Shown piece after piece: positions 9,312 through 22,294 of a stretch of DNA of 64,000 nt (positions are counted from its first letter, which is position 1; every line of letters starts with the position of its first letter). Source of the stretch: an uncultured Gammaproteobacteria bacterium. Its GTDB lineage: Bacteria > Pseudomonadota > Gammaproteobacteria > Pseudomonadales > Azotimanducaceae. The DNA lies in assembly GCA_963822255.1 (NCBI GenBank), contig CAWGGV010000009.1, positions 236,269-300,268 of the forward strand, given 5' to 3'. The notes below the pieces were generated by a model that saw only the letters and a program-made list of their open reading frames with translations, searched no databases and was not told where the DNA came from. The translations under genes and the position numbers were made by a program.

Positions 9312-9349
9312 TCAGGAATTGTGCCAGCCGGCGACCTTCCGCGCCGAGC

Positions 9350-10234
9350 TCAGGTCTTGGGGAAATCCGCCGCGCTGTGCCGCTCCGGCACGCGAAGCTC
9401 CTCGGGCCCCGCCATCCGGTTCACCCGCTTGCCCCGCTTCACGGCCGGACGCGCCTCGATTTCCTGCGCCCAGCGCCGCACGTGGCCATACGTCTCGACG
9501 TCGAGAAACTCCGCAGAGTCGTAGAGCTTGCCGAGCGCCAGCGCTCCGTACCACGGGTAGGTGGCTATGTCGGCGATGGTGTAGTCGTCACCGCCGAGGA
9601 ACCGGCGCTTGCCGAGATTCCGGTTCAGCACGTCGAGCTGGCGCTTCACCTCCATGGTGTAGCGGTCGATGGGGTAGCGCATCCTGCTCGGCGCATAGGC
9701 GTAGAAGTGACCGAAGCCGCCCCCGAGGTACGGCGCACTGCCCATCTGCCAGAACAGCCACGAATAACACTCCGCCCGCGCGGCCGGTTGCTGCGGCAGG
9801 AAGGCGCCGAACCTCTCGGCCAGGTACAGCAGGATGGCGCCCGATTCGAACACACGGATGGGCTCGGCGCCGCTGCGGTCCAGCAGCGCCGGGATCTTCG
9901 AGTTGGGGTTGATGGCAACGAAGCCGCTGCCGAACTGATCGCCCTGGCCGATGTTGATGAGCCAGGCGTCGTACTCGGCGTCGGCGTGACCGGCCTCGAG
10001 CAGCTCTTCCAGCAGGATGGTGGCCTTCTGGCCGTTGGGCGTCCCCAGGGAGTAGAGCTGCAACGGGTGCTCGCCCACCGGCAGCTCCTTGTCATGGGTG
10101 GGGCCGGCAATCGGCCGGTTGATGCTCGCGAACCGGCCGCCGCTCTCCATGTCCCACTGCCAGACCTTCGGGGGCTGATACTCGTCTGCTGTGCTGGAGT
10201 CGCTCAAGATGTCACCTCGCTGCCGGTTGAACAC
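9350..10234 (-). CDS. yghU: Nu-class glutathione S-transferase, YghU-like
   Basis: Near-collinear with E. coli YghU: YQPPKVWQWD, INRPIAGPTH, HPLQLYSLGTPNGQK, NPNSKIPAL, GGGFGHFY and ERPAVKRG. Confidence 0.9.
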   Translation of the reverse strand: MFNRQRGDILSDSSTADEYQPPKVWQWDMESGGRFASINRPIAGPTHDKELPVGEHPLQLYSLGTPNGQKATILLEELLEAGHADAEYDAWLINIGQGDQFGSGFVAINPNSKIPALLDRSGAEPIRVFESGAILLYLAERFGAFLPQQPAARAECYSWLFWQMGSAPYLGGGFGHFYAYAPSRMRYPIDRYTMEVKRQLDVLNRNLGKRRFLGGDDYTIADIATYPWYGALALGKLYDSAEFLDVETYGHVRRWAQEIEARPAVKRGKRVNRMAGPEELRVPERHSAADFPKT

Positions 10235-10379
10235 CCGTACGGGCGCGAATCGCCACAGTCTAACAGCTATCCACCGGCCATCCGCTCAGCGGCGGGCGGC
10301 AGTCCCGGATGCGGCGTGTGCTCGAATCGGCACCACGCGCCCGCTGGGGTATGCTGGCCGTACCAGACGAGGAGACCCC

Positions 10380-11366
10380 ATGGTATTCGACAACCGTATC
10401 ACCCGCCTGCTCGGCATCGAGATCCCCGTCGTCCAGGCGCCCATGGGTTGGATCGCCCGCTCGCAGCTCGCGTCGGCCGTGTCCAACGCCGGTGGGCTGG
10501 GGATCATCGAAACGTCGTCGGGCGAGCTCGACGTCATTCGCGAGGAGATCCGCCGCATGCGCACCCTCACGGACAAGCCCTTCGGCGTGAACATCGCCCA
10601 GGCGTTCGTGCGTGATCCGGGCATCGTCGACTTCGTCATCGATCAGGGGGTGCGGTTCGTCACCACCTCGGCGGGCAATCCCGAACGTTATACCGAGCAG
10701 CTCAAGCGCGCCGGGCTCACGGTCTTCCACGTGGTGCCGAGCCTCGCCGCCGCCCTGAAGGCGGTGGACGCCGGCGTCGACGGCCTGGTGGTCGAGGGCG
10801 GCGAGGGCGGCGGCTTCAAGAATCCGCGGGAAGTCGCCAGCATGGTGTTGCTGCCGCTGGTACGCTCCCGGGTCGACGTGCCCATCATTGCCGCCGGCGG
10901 ATTCGTCTGCGGCCAAAGCATGGCCGCTGCCTTCGCGCTCGGCGCCGAGGCCGTGCAGATGGGCACGCGGATGGTGTCGGCGGCGGAGTCGCCCGTCCAT
11001 GACAACTGGAAGCACGCCGTCGTCGCGGCCCGTGAGACCGACACGGTGTTCCTGAACCGCAAGCACTCCCCGGCCCTGCGGGCGCTGCGCACCGCCAAGT
11101 CCAGCCGGCTCGAGGATGAACCCGACGTCAATGCCATGAGCGAGTTCGGCACTGCTCTGGACTTGTACTTCGGCGGCGACATGGAAGCGAGCATCGCCCT
11201 CTGCGGACAGGTGTGCGGCCGCATCGACGCCGTGCGGCCGGTGGCCGAGATCCTGGCCGAGGTGCGTGACCAGTTCTTCGCCACTCTTCAGGCGCTTTCG
11301 GCGCAGTACCTTTCCCCCGCACCCCGGCCAGGTGTGGCGGCCGCGGCACAGACGGCGCTGGAGTAG
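10380..11366 (+). CDS. nitronate monooxygenase (2-nitropropane dioxygenase/NMO family)
   Basis: MVFDNRITRLLGIEIPVVQAPMGWIA... is an FMN TIM-barrel NMO signature. GAGGAG Shine-Dalgarno 6 nt upstream of the ATG at 10380. Confidence 0.85.
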   Translation: MVFDNRITRLLGIEIPVVQAPMGWIARSQLASAVSNAGGLGIIETSSGELDVIREEIRRMRTLTDKPFGVNIAQAFVRDPGIVDFVIDQGVRFVTTSAGNPERYTEQLKRAGLTVFHVVPSLAAALKAVDAGVDGLVVEGGEGGGFKNPREVASMVLLPLVRSRVDVPIIAAGGFVCGQSMAAAFALGAEAVQMGTRMVSAAESPVHDNWKHAVVAARETDTVFLNRKHSPALRALRTAKSSRLEDEPDVNAMSEFGTALDLYFGGDMEASIALCGQVCGRIDAVRPVAEILAEVRDQFFATLQALSAQYLSPAPRPGVAAAAQTALE

Positions 11367-11392
11367 CAAACCGAACACGCGAGGAAGCCGCC

Positions 11393-12358
11393 ATGACGAC
11401 TGCGGCCCGTTCCAGCCGACAAGCGTGGCCCGACCTGCCGTACCTGGAGTGGCAGGAGACCCGCGCCCTGCTCCACCTGTGGGCTCAGATCGTCGGCAAG
11501 GTCCGCACGGCCTGCACACCGTGGGTCAACCACCAGTGGCACGTGGTGCTGTACGTCACGGCGCGGGGGCTGACCACCTCACCGATCCCAGACGGCACTC
11601 GGGTGTTCCAGATCGACTTCGACTTCGTCGCTCAAGCGTTGGTCATCCTGACGGACGACGGCGAGGAGCGCAGACTCCCCCTCGCCAGCGGCTCCGTCGC
11701 CGACTTCCAGCAACGGGTGCTGGCGGCGCTCGCGGAGCTCGGCATCCAGGTGCGCATCCACGGCACCCCCAACGAGATCCCGGGCGCCATCCGGTTCCGG
11801 GACGATCGCGTCCGGCGCAACTACAACCCGGAGCAGGCACGACGGTTCTGGCAGGCGCTGGTTCAGGTGGACCGGGTGTTCAAGCAGTTCCGCACCGGCT
11901 TCATCGGCAAAGTGAGCCCGGTTCAGTTCTTCTGGGGCAGCTTCGATCTGGCCGTGACGCGGTTCTCGGGCCGGGCTGCGCCGCCGCATCCCGGCGGCGT
12001 GCCGGGGCTACCGGACACGATCGCCCGGGAGGCGTACTCCCACGAGGTGAGCAGCGCCGGCTTCTGGCCGGGCAGCGGCGCCATCGACTATCCGGCGTTC
12101 TATTCCTATGCCTATCCCGAGCCGGACGGCTTCCGCCGCTCGAAGGTGCGGCCGGACAGCGCATTCTTCGACGCTGCCATGGGCGAGTTCATTCTCCCCT
12201 ACGAGGTCGTGCGCAGCGCCGATGATCCCGACGGTGTGCTGCTCGACTTCCTCCAGAGCACCTACCAGGCGGCCGCAGACGCCGCCGGCTGGCGCCGCTC
12301 CGCGCTCGAGTGCGAGATGGGCCGGCCCGGCGTGCCGCGCAAGTTGCCCGGCGTCTGA
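11393..12358 (+). CDS. conserved hypothetical protein (recalled as DUF5996-like)
   Basis: 321-aa soluble protein with no recognisable catalytic motif. Reading frame and codon usage match the neighbours. The family assignment is from memory only. Confidence 0.55.
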   Translation: MTTAARSSRQAWPDLPYLEWQETRALLHLWAQIVGKVRTACTPWVNHQWHVVLYVTARGLTTSPIPDGTRVFQIDFDFVAQALVILTDDGEERRLPLASGSVADFQQRVLAALAELGIQVRIHGTPNEIPGAIRFRDDRVRRNYNPEQARRFWQALVQVDRVFKQFRTGFIGKVSPVQFFWGSFDLAVTRFSGRAAPPHPGGVPGLPDTIAREAYSHEVSSAGFWPGSGAIDYPAFYSYAYPEPDGFRRSKVRPDSAFFDAAMGEFILPYEVVRSADDPDGVLLDFLQSTYQAAADAAGWRRSALECEMGRPGVPRKLPGV

Positions 12359-12415
12359 CGTCGGACTTGCCGAGCCAGCCCCATCGCCCGATGATGGCGC
12401 CGAGGGGGTAGCAGC

Positions 12416-13729
12416 ATGGCCGTGACCGATTCCACCGCAGCCGGAAACCCGGCGCAGTCCGACATCGTCAAGGTGGCGTTCGCCAGCGCCGTCGGCACCA
12501 CCGTCGAGTGGTACGACTTCTTCATCTATGGCACCGCCGCGGCGCTGGTGTTCAACCGCCAGTTTTTCCCGCAGATCGATCCGCTGATGGGCACCCTGGC
12601 GGCCTTCGCCACCTTCGGGGTGGGTTTCGTCGCGCGCCCCGTGGGGGGCGTGGTGTTCGGTCACTTCGGCGACCGCATCGGCCGCAAGACCATGCTGGTG
12701 TTGTCGCTGCTGATCATGGGGGTCGCTACGTTCCTCATCGGCTTTCTGCCGTCCTACGACCGCATCGGCTTCTGGGCGCCGCTGCTGCTGGTGGTGCTCC
12801 GGCTGCTGCAGGGGTTCGGGGTCGGCGGCGAGTGGGGCGGTGCGGTGCTGATGGCGGTGGAACATGCGCCCAGCGGGCGGCGCGGCTTCTTCGGCTCGTG
12901 GCCGCAGATCGGTGTGCCGGCCGGGCTGCTGCTGGCGACCGCGGTGTTCTCGGTTTTTTCCGCCATGCCCGACCAGGCGTTCCAGGACTGGGGCTGGCGG
13001 GTGCCGTTCCTGCTCAGCATCGTGCTGGTCGCCATCGGGCTGTTCATCCGCCTCAGGTTGCTCGAGTCTCCGGCATTCCTCGAGCTCAAGAGCCAGGGGC
13101 GGGAGGCGCGCATGCCGATCCTCGAGGTGGTGCGCGAGCAGCCGCGGCCGGTGCTGGTGGCCATGGGGCTGCGGGTGGCGGAAAACGGCGCTTTTTACGT
13201 CTTCAGCGTGTTCGTGCTCACGTACATCACCCAGCAACTGGGGCTGTCCCGCAGCGTCGCCCTGAACGGCGTGCTCATCGCCGCGGCGGTGGAGCTGTTC
13301 ACGATACCGGCTTTCGCCGCGCTGTCGGACCGGATCGGTCGGCGGCCGGTGTATCTGTTCGGCGCGCTGCTGTCGCTGGTGTTCGCCTTCCCGTTTTTCT
13401 GGCTCCTGGACACCGGCTCGCCACCCCTCATCGTGCTCGCCATCGTGGTGTCCCTGGCGCTCGGTCACGCCGCCATGTACGGCCCGCAGGCAGCCTTCTT
13501 CTCGGAGCTGTTCAGCACGCGCGTGCGCTACAGCGGCGCATCGCTCGGATACCAACTCGCCTCCGTGTTTGCCGGCGGGCTGTCGCCGGTCATCGCCACG
13601 GCGCTGCTCGCCTGGCAGCGCGGCGACCCCTGGGCAGTGGCCGCCTACATGGCGTTCATGGCGCTGGTGACCCTCGTATCCGCCGCCGTTGCAAAGGAAA
13701 CCCACCGCACCGACATTGCCGCTGGTTAG
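12416..13729 (+). CDS. MFS transporter, metabolite:H+ symporter (MHS) family
   Basis: N-terminus VEWYDFFIYGTAAALVFNRQFFP and GHFGDRIGRK are diagnostic of the MHS family (ProP/KgtP/ShiA-like). Confidence 0.85.
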   Translation: MAVTDSTAAGNPAQSDIVKVAFASAVGTTVEWYDFFIYGTAAALVFNRQFFPQIDPLMGTLAAFATFGVGFVARPVGGVVFGHFGDRIGRKTMLVLSLLIMGVATFLIGFLPSYDRIGFWAPLLLVVLRLLQGFGVGGEWGGAVLMAVEHAPSGRRGFFGSWPQIGVPAGLLLATAVFSVFSAMPDQAFQDWGWRVPFLLSIVLVAIGLFIRLRLLESPAFLELKSQGREARMPILEVVREQPRPVLVAMGLRVAENGAFYVFSVFVLTYITQQLGLSRSVALNGVLIAAAVELFTIPAFAALSDRIGRRPVYLFGALLSLVFAFPFFWLLDTGSPPLIVLAIVVSLALGHAAMYGPQAAFFSELFSTRVRYSGASLGYQLASVFAGGLSPVIATALLAWQRGDPWAVAAYMAFMALVTLVSAAVAKETHRTDIAAG

Positions 13730-13750
13730 CAGACCGGGGCGGAATGCTAG

Positions 13751-16213
<2,463 letters not shown>

Positions 16214-16391
16214 CCGCGCCGGCATCGTTGACTTTCGCCGCGCGCGGCGCATGCTCCGGACGACCCGGCCGTCGCGCGGACCCCGCCGTGCCGGCGCAGA
16301 GGGCACTCCAAGCCTGGCGCAACGGCCCATTGTCGATTTTCGTCGCCGCCGGACGACCATTGGCGTATGGGACACCATCAGGGAGATCACC

Positions 16392-17594
<1,203 letters not shown>

Positions 17595-17598
<4 letters not shown>

Positions 17599-17906
17599 CC
17601 GCGGCCGGACGAGTCCGAGTGATTCTGCCGCACCAGCTCTGCGCGCTGGCGAAGGTGGAACGGGAAGTGGCCGTGCGCGTGACCGGACCGGTGACCCAGC
17701 GCTCGGTGCTGGATGCGCTGGAAACCGCGCATCCGGCACTGCGTGGAACGATACGTGATCACGCCAGCGGTCAGCGCCGGCCGAAAGTGCGCATCTTCGC
17801 CTGCAACGAGGACGTCTCCCACGATTCTCCGGACGATCCGCTGCCGCGAGCGATCGCCAGCGGAACGGAGCCGCTGTTCATCCTCGGCGCCATCTCCGGC
17901 GGCTGA
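17595..17906 (+). CDS. MoaD/ThiS-like ubiquitin-fold protein with C-terminal Gly-Gly (putative sulfur-carrier or small modifier)
   Basis: 103 aa ending ...[10 protein letters not shown] followed by the stop. Its GTG start overlaps the stop of the BNR gene (GTGA). Confidence 0.65.
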
Positions 17907-17949
17907 TCGACCCGACGGCCGTTGCGGTCTCCTGCAGGACGCTGTATCC

Positions 17950-18702
17950 GTGACCGTCACCGCCATCGTCGTGCTCATGCTGGTCAGCGCTGCCGGCAGC
18001 TACGTCCAGGCGGTGGCCGGGTTCGCCATGGGCATGATCATCATGGCCGTGATGGTGGGCGGTGGTTTCGTTGCGGTGCCGACCATCACCGCGACGGTGA
18101 GCCTGCTGTCGCTGGTGAACATCACGCTCGCCCTCAGGGGACGAGGCCGCCACCTGGCCCGCGGCCTGTTCGGCTGGACCGCCGCCGGGCTGCTGCCGGC
18201 GGTGGCGGCGGGCGTCTGGCTGCTCCTGCATCTCGACGCGCGCGCCCAATGGCTGGTGGAGTTGCTGCTCGGTCTGTTTATCGTCGCCGGCAGTCTTTCC
18301 ATGATGATCCGTCCCCGGCCGAAGTCCCGGGTCTCGCCGCCTTGGGCCTGCCTGGTCGCGGGCCTCGCGGGTGGCGTGCTCGGCGGCCTGTTCTCGGCTT
18401 CCGGCCCCGTGCTCGGCTGGTTCAACTACCGCCAACCCCTCACCGTGGCGGAAATTCGCACCACGCTGCTCGCCATCTTCGCCCTGACGACGGCCCTGCG
18501 CACCGTCGTCGTCGGCTTCTCCGGCGGTCTCACGCCGGCGGTCTGGACGCTGTTCGCCGCTGGCGTGCCGTGGGTGCTGCTCGGCACGTGGGCCGGCCGG
18601 AACTTCGCCCCGCCGATCTCCGAGACGGCACTCAAACGGGCGGCCTTCGCGCTGCTGCTGGTCATGGGCTCCTGGTCGGTGGCGCGGGCACTGGCGATAT
18701 AG
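17950..18702 (+). CDS. TSUP family (TauE/SafE, DUF81) anion permease
   Basis: 251 aa with 7-8 TM helices and the internal duplication typical of TSUP. Glycine-rich helices (GGLFSASGPVLGWF). 44-nt gap to the MoaD-like gene. Confidence 0.8.
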   Translation: MTVTAIVVLMLVSAAGSYVQAVAGFAMGMIIMAVMVGGGFVAVPTITATVSLLSLVNITLALRGRGRHLARGLFGWTAAGLLPAVAAGVWLLLHLDARAQWLVELLLGLFIVAGSLSMMIRPRPKSRVSPPWACLVAGLAGGVLGGLFSASGPVLGWFNYRQPLTVAEIRTTLLAIFALTTALRTVVVGFSGGLTPAVWTLFAAGVPWVLLGTWAGRNFAPPISETALKRAAFALLLVMGSWSVARALAI

Positions 18703-18811
18703 CTACCCGGCCGTGGCATGGAGGTTGCGTCCTTTCGCGCCTTGGTGGCTCGGGCAGATGCGCGGGCCGGAACTGGTGCAGCCCGCTGCCGGCGCGGCGC
18801 TGCTCGTGCGA

Positions 18812-18826
18812 GTGCCGATTCGGCAC
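18812..18826. promoter_or_regulatory. perfect 15-bp palindrome GTGCCGATTCGGCAC immediately upstream of a GAGGAGG Shine-Dalgarno: candidate operator or RNA hairpin
   Basis: The left arm GTGCCGA is the reverse complement of the right arm TCGGCAC, with a 1-nt centre. It is 1 nt upstream of the ribosome-binding site of the Trp-rich membrane protein gene. Confidence 0.35.
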
Positions 18827-18839
18827 GAGGAGGTTCGTT

Positions 18840-19424
18840 ATGTGGTGGTATGGAGCCGGATGGTGGTGGTGGTGGCTGGCTTTCGTCATCCTGTTTTTTC
18901 TCATCCCGCTCAGCTACGGCTGGGGTTACCGCGGGTGGGGCCCGTGGTATCGGCGCCGGCGCCGCCGCGTCCCCGGCGAAACGTCCACGACCACCGGTAA
19001 CCGGTCCGACTCGAACCTCGACGATACGGGCTGGGGAGCGGCCGGTATCTTCCTCTGGATCATATTGATCATTGCCATCATCTGGATCATCGCCGTGTGG
19101 GGCGGCTGGGGCCAAGGGTACGGCTACGGCGGCGCCGGAACGTTGGGTACGCCGGACCGCGGCCCGGTCAACGGCCCTGTCGAAGGGCAGCCCTACAGCA
19201 GCCCCGGCGCGCCAGGCGGCGGAGCGGACGTCACGCCGCCGCCAGCCGGTGGGCCGGACGTCACGCCCCCGCCGGCCGGCGGCGCGCCCGCGGGCGGGGC
19301 GCCGACCGAAGGTTCACCCCCCACAGGCGCGGCTGGCCCCGGCGGCGGCCCGGCCGGCGGTACCCCGGGCGGCGCGACGGCGCCTCCCGGGGGGCCAGGC
19401 AGCGGAGCGGGCGCGAACGGCTAG
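18840..19424 (+). CDS. small Trp-rich membrane protein with a poly-Arg loop and a Pro/Gly-rich repetitive tail (unknown function)
   Basis: Strong ribosome-binding site GAGGAGG 7 nt before the ATG. Protein: MWWYGAGWWWWWLAFVILFFLIPLSYGWGYRGWGPWYRRRRRRVPGE...IFLWIILIIAIIWIIAVWGGWGQGYGYGG...DVTPPPAGGPDVTPPPAGG.... Two hydrophobic helices. Locally lower GC with rare ATA/ATT codons. Confidence 0.6.
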   Translation: MWWYGAGWWWWWLAFVILFFLIPLSYGWGYRGWGPWYRRRRRRVPGETSTTTGNRSDSNLDDTGWGAAGIFLWIILIIAIIWIIAVWGGWGQGYGYGGAGTLGTPDRGPVNGPVEGQPYSSPGAPGGGADVTPPPAGGPDVTPPPAGGAPAGGAPTEGSPPTGAAGPGGGPAGGTPGGATAPPGGPGSGAGANG

Positions 19425-19434
19425 CCGCCGTTCG
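19414..19434 (+). terminator. possible stem-loop spanning the stop codon (CGAACGGC-TAGCC-GCCGTTCG)
   Basis: 8-bp perfect stem with a 5-nt loop containing the TAG stop. There is no U-tract, so the call is weak. Confidence 0.3.
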
Positions 19435-19607
19435 GCGGGCAACGCGCGGAGGCTCCGTTCCGCAGCGGCAGTCTCTGCTGGCCATTGCGGCAACATCGCA
19501 GGATCGGTGCCGGGCGCCGGCCCCGCGCGCCGCCCGACCCGAGATAGCGGTCCCCGCCCGGCGACCGGTAGACTACCGGTCATGCCATTGCCCGAGCGGG
19601 GGTGCCG

Positions 19608-20996
19608 ATGTCCCTTAGAGCCGAAAAGCTGGCCGCCTACGCCAACCGGTTCTCCGGTTACACAGAGCTTCGACTGCAGCGCAACGTCAATTCGCGGGTT
19701 GCCCTTCTGAACGGCGACGTGGTCACCAACAGCCGGAGCGTCGACGGCGGCGTCTCAGCGCGGGTCTTCGAGGGCGGCGTCTGGGGCTTCGCCTCCCGGC
19801 CGGAGATCGATGCCGACGCGGTAAACGGCATCATCGACGAGGCCACCGGCAACGCCGCATTTCTGGCGCGCCACGCGCCCCACACCGACGTGCGGTTGCC
19901 CCAGGCGCGGGGCCGCGGCGACAGCGACTTCGGCAGCCAGCGCCCGCGGCGAAGCCCGGCGGAGGTGATCGAGTTTCTGCGCGCCCTGGACGAGCACATC
20001 GCCGCCACCTATCCGGACCTGCGCTCACGTACCGTGAGCCTGTGGGATCTGGACATGGAAAAGCGCCTGTACAACTCCGACGCCTCGGACAGCTACTCCA
20101 ACACCACCCGCTCGCTGATCATCGTCCGTCTGGTCACCAGCAACGCTGAGGGCCAGCCGGTCGAGCTCGGCAAGCCATTCGGCGGCCGCGGCCAGTTCGA
20201 GGACGTCTTCGAAAGTCCCGAAGACCTCCACGACGACATCGCCATGCTTCACCGCCATCTGCTGGCGAAGCGCGACGCCGTGCCGGCCCGGGCCGGCGTG
20301 CACGACGTGATCCTCGATTCCGAGCTTGCCGGCATCCTGGCCCACGAGGCGGTCGGCCATACCACCGAGGCCGACATCGTGCGCGGCGGCTCCGTGGCCG
20401 GCGACAACGTCGGCCGCCGGGTCGCCAGCGACTTGATCACCATGGTGGACTTCGCGAGCAGCTATCACGGCGAGACCCTGCCGGTGCCGGTGTACGTGGA
20501 CGACGAGGGCATGCCCGCCCGCGACACCGTGCTGATCGAAAACGGCGTGCTGAAGGGCTTCATGCACAACAAGGAAAGCGCCGAGTTCTTCCGCACCGAC
20601 GCTACCGGCAACGCGCGGGCGTATCAGTTCTTCGACGAGCCGCTGATCCGGATGCGCAACACCGCCATCCTGCCCGGCCCCCACAAGCTCGAGGACATGA
20701 TCGCCAGCGTCGAGGACGGCTACTACCTCATGTGGCCATCCAACGGTCAGGCGGATTCCACCAGCGAGTTCATGTTCGGCGTGTCGCTCGGCTACGAGAT
20801 CAAAAACGGCGCAATCGGCCGCGCCATCACCGACACCACCATCTCCGGCGTGGCGTTCGACATGCTGAAGTCGGTCACCATGGTCTCCGATCAGATGAGC
20901 TGGAGCTGCGCGGGCATGTGTGGCAAGAAGCAGATCATTCCCGTGGGCATGGGCGGGCCTGCGATCAAATGCAGGCTGCATCTGGGGGGCGCGTGA
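19608..20996 (+). CDS. tldD: TldD metalloprotease
   Basis: HEAVGH (HExxxH) motif and collinear TldD family similarity. An alternative GTG start lies at 19602. Confidence 0.85.
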   Translation: MSLRAEKLAAYANRFSGYTELRLQRNVNSRVALLNGDVVTNSRSVDGGVSARVFEGGVWGFASRPEIDADAVNGIIDEATGNAAFLARHAPHTDVRLPQARGRGDSDFGSQRPRRSPAEVIEFLRALDEHIAATYPDLRSRTVSLWDLDMEKRLYNSDASDSYSNTTRSLIIVRLVTSNAEGQPVELGKPFGGRGQFEDVFESPEDLHDDIAMLHRHLLAKRDAVPARAGVHDVILDSELAGILAHEAVGHTTEADIVRGGSVAGDNVGRRVASDLITMVDFASSYHGETLPVPVYVDDEGMPARDTVLIENGVLKGFMHNKESAEFFRTDATGNARAYQFFDEPLIRMRNTAILPGPHKLEDMIASVEDGYYLMWPSNGQADSTSEFMFGVSLGYEIKNGAIGRAITDTTISGVAFDMLKSVTMVSDQMSWSCAGMCGKKQIIPVGMGGPAIKCRLHLGGA

Positions 20997-22294
20997 GCGC
21001 ACCGCGGGCGTTCGCCGAGCAGAGTCTCGACGCGCTCCGGCGCAAGGGCTTCGATGCCGCTCAGGTGCTGATGGTCGCCAGCGAACGCCACGAGCTGGAG
21101 GCCGAGTTCGGACGCCCGAGCCTCAAGCGCACCAACCACGACGTCACCCTGGATCTGGTCGGCATCGCCGACGGCAAGCGCGGCTCGGTGACGTTGAACC
21201 GGCTCAGCGACGACGCGCTCGGCGAAGCGGTGGAAGAACTCTGGCAGGTTGCCGCCGGCTCCCGCGCTGACCCGGCCAACGCCATCGCGCCGGCCCAGCC
21301 GGCGGACACGTTCTCCCGCGGTCCCCGAGAGCCGGATGCCGATCTCATGTACCAGCGGCTGGCCGGGCTGATCGATCACGCCCGGCGGGAATACCCCACC
21401 CTCACCCTGCGCCAGGCGACCGTGGACTTCCTCGCTTCGACCGCGACGTTCCTGAACTCGAACGGCGTGGACTTCACCTCCCGGCAAAGCCGCTACTCGG
21501 CATACGCCATGTTCAGCGCCCGGGAAGGCGAGCGGGTCTCCTCCTTCAACTACTCCGGGTTCACCAGGGAGGCGCTGGACGAGCCTCTCGAGCGCGCTGC
21601 GACGCTCGACAGCCTCATGCGCCAGGCCACCGAGCAGGTGTACACACAGCGCATCCCCGGCAAGTTCACCGGCGATCTGTTGATCACGCCGGACTGCCTC
21701 GGCGATTTCCTCGGTTTTCTGCTGCAGAGCATCTCCGACGGGCCGCTGATCACCGGAACGTCGTTGTACCACGGCAGGCTCGGCGAGCCGGTGGCGGCGC
21801 CGGCCGTGTCCCTGCACTCCTGCCCCAGGACCCTGCCGTCGGGCTACTTCGTCACCGCAGACGGGTTCGAGGCACGGGACGCCACGATCCTCGAGCGCGG
21901 GCGCCTGACTTCCTACCTGCTCGACCTGTACGGCGCCAACAAGACGGGGCTGGCGCGAGCGGAAACCGGTGGCGGCTGCTGGGTGATGGACGCCGGCAGC
22001 ACCGATTTCGATGCCATGGTCGCCGGCATCGACCGGGGACTGTTGATCACCCGCTTCTCCGGCGGCCGGCCCAACGACAAGGGCGATTTCTCCGGCATCG
22101 CCAAGAACAGCTACTACATCGAGAGCGGCCAGGTCCGTCATCCGGTGTCGGAAACCATGATCAGCGGCAACATGGCGGCGCTTGCTGGAAAACGTTCAGC
22201 AGGTGTCGGCCGAGCGGGCCGACTTCGGCAGCCGCATCCTGCCCTGGGTGCACGCGAGCGGCATCGTGGTCTCATGAGCCGGCGCGACGTTTGA
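20993..22294 (+). CDS. pmbA: PmbA/TldE metalloprotease partner, with an apparent frameshift near 22180-22190. The conserved C-terminus continues in the +1 frame to a stop at ~22277.
   Basis: TldD/PmbA-family collinearity. The GTG start overlaps the tldD stop (GTGA); an in-frame ATG at 20969 is possible. The alternate-frame tail ...LENVQQVSAERADFGSRILPWVHASGIVVS* is the canonical PmbA C-terminus. Confidence 0.75.
   Translation: MSAPRAFAEQSLDALRRKGFDAAQVLMVASERHELEAEFGRPSLKRTNHDVTLDLVGIADGKRGSVTLNRLSDDALGEAVEELWQVAAGSRADPANAIAPAQPADTFSRGPREPDADLMYQRLAGLIDHARREYPTLTLRQATVDFLASTATFLNSNGVDFTSRQSRYSAYAMFSAREGERVSSFNYSGFTREALDEPLERAATLDSLMRQATEQVYTQRIPGKFTGDLLITPDCLGDFLGFLLQSISDGPLITGTSLYHGRLGEPVAAPAVSLHSCPRTLPSGYFVTADGFEARDATILERGRLTSYLLDLYGANKTGLARAETGGGCWVMDAGSTDFDAMVAGIDRGLLITRFSGGRPNDKGDFSGIAKNSYYIESGQVRHPVSETMISGNMAALAGKRSAGVGRAGRLRQPHPALGARERHRGLMSRRDV

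Noticed and set aside
18990-19030. tRNA-like T-loop motif (GGTTCGAGTC) on the minus strand
   Set aside because: No flanking acceptor or anticodon stems can be formed. It lies inside a well-supported CDS.
18840-22294. The Trp-rich ORF as a TldD/PmbA-processed RiPP or microcin precursor
   Set aside because: At 195 aa with two TM helices and no leader/core organisation or Cys/Ser/Gly-rich core, it is unlike microcin B17-type precursors. TldD/PmbA are near-universal housekeeping genes, so adjacency alone is weak evidence.
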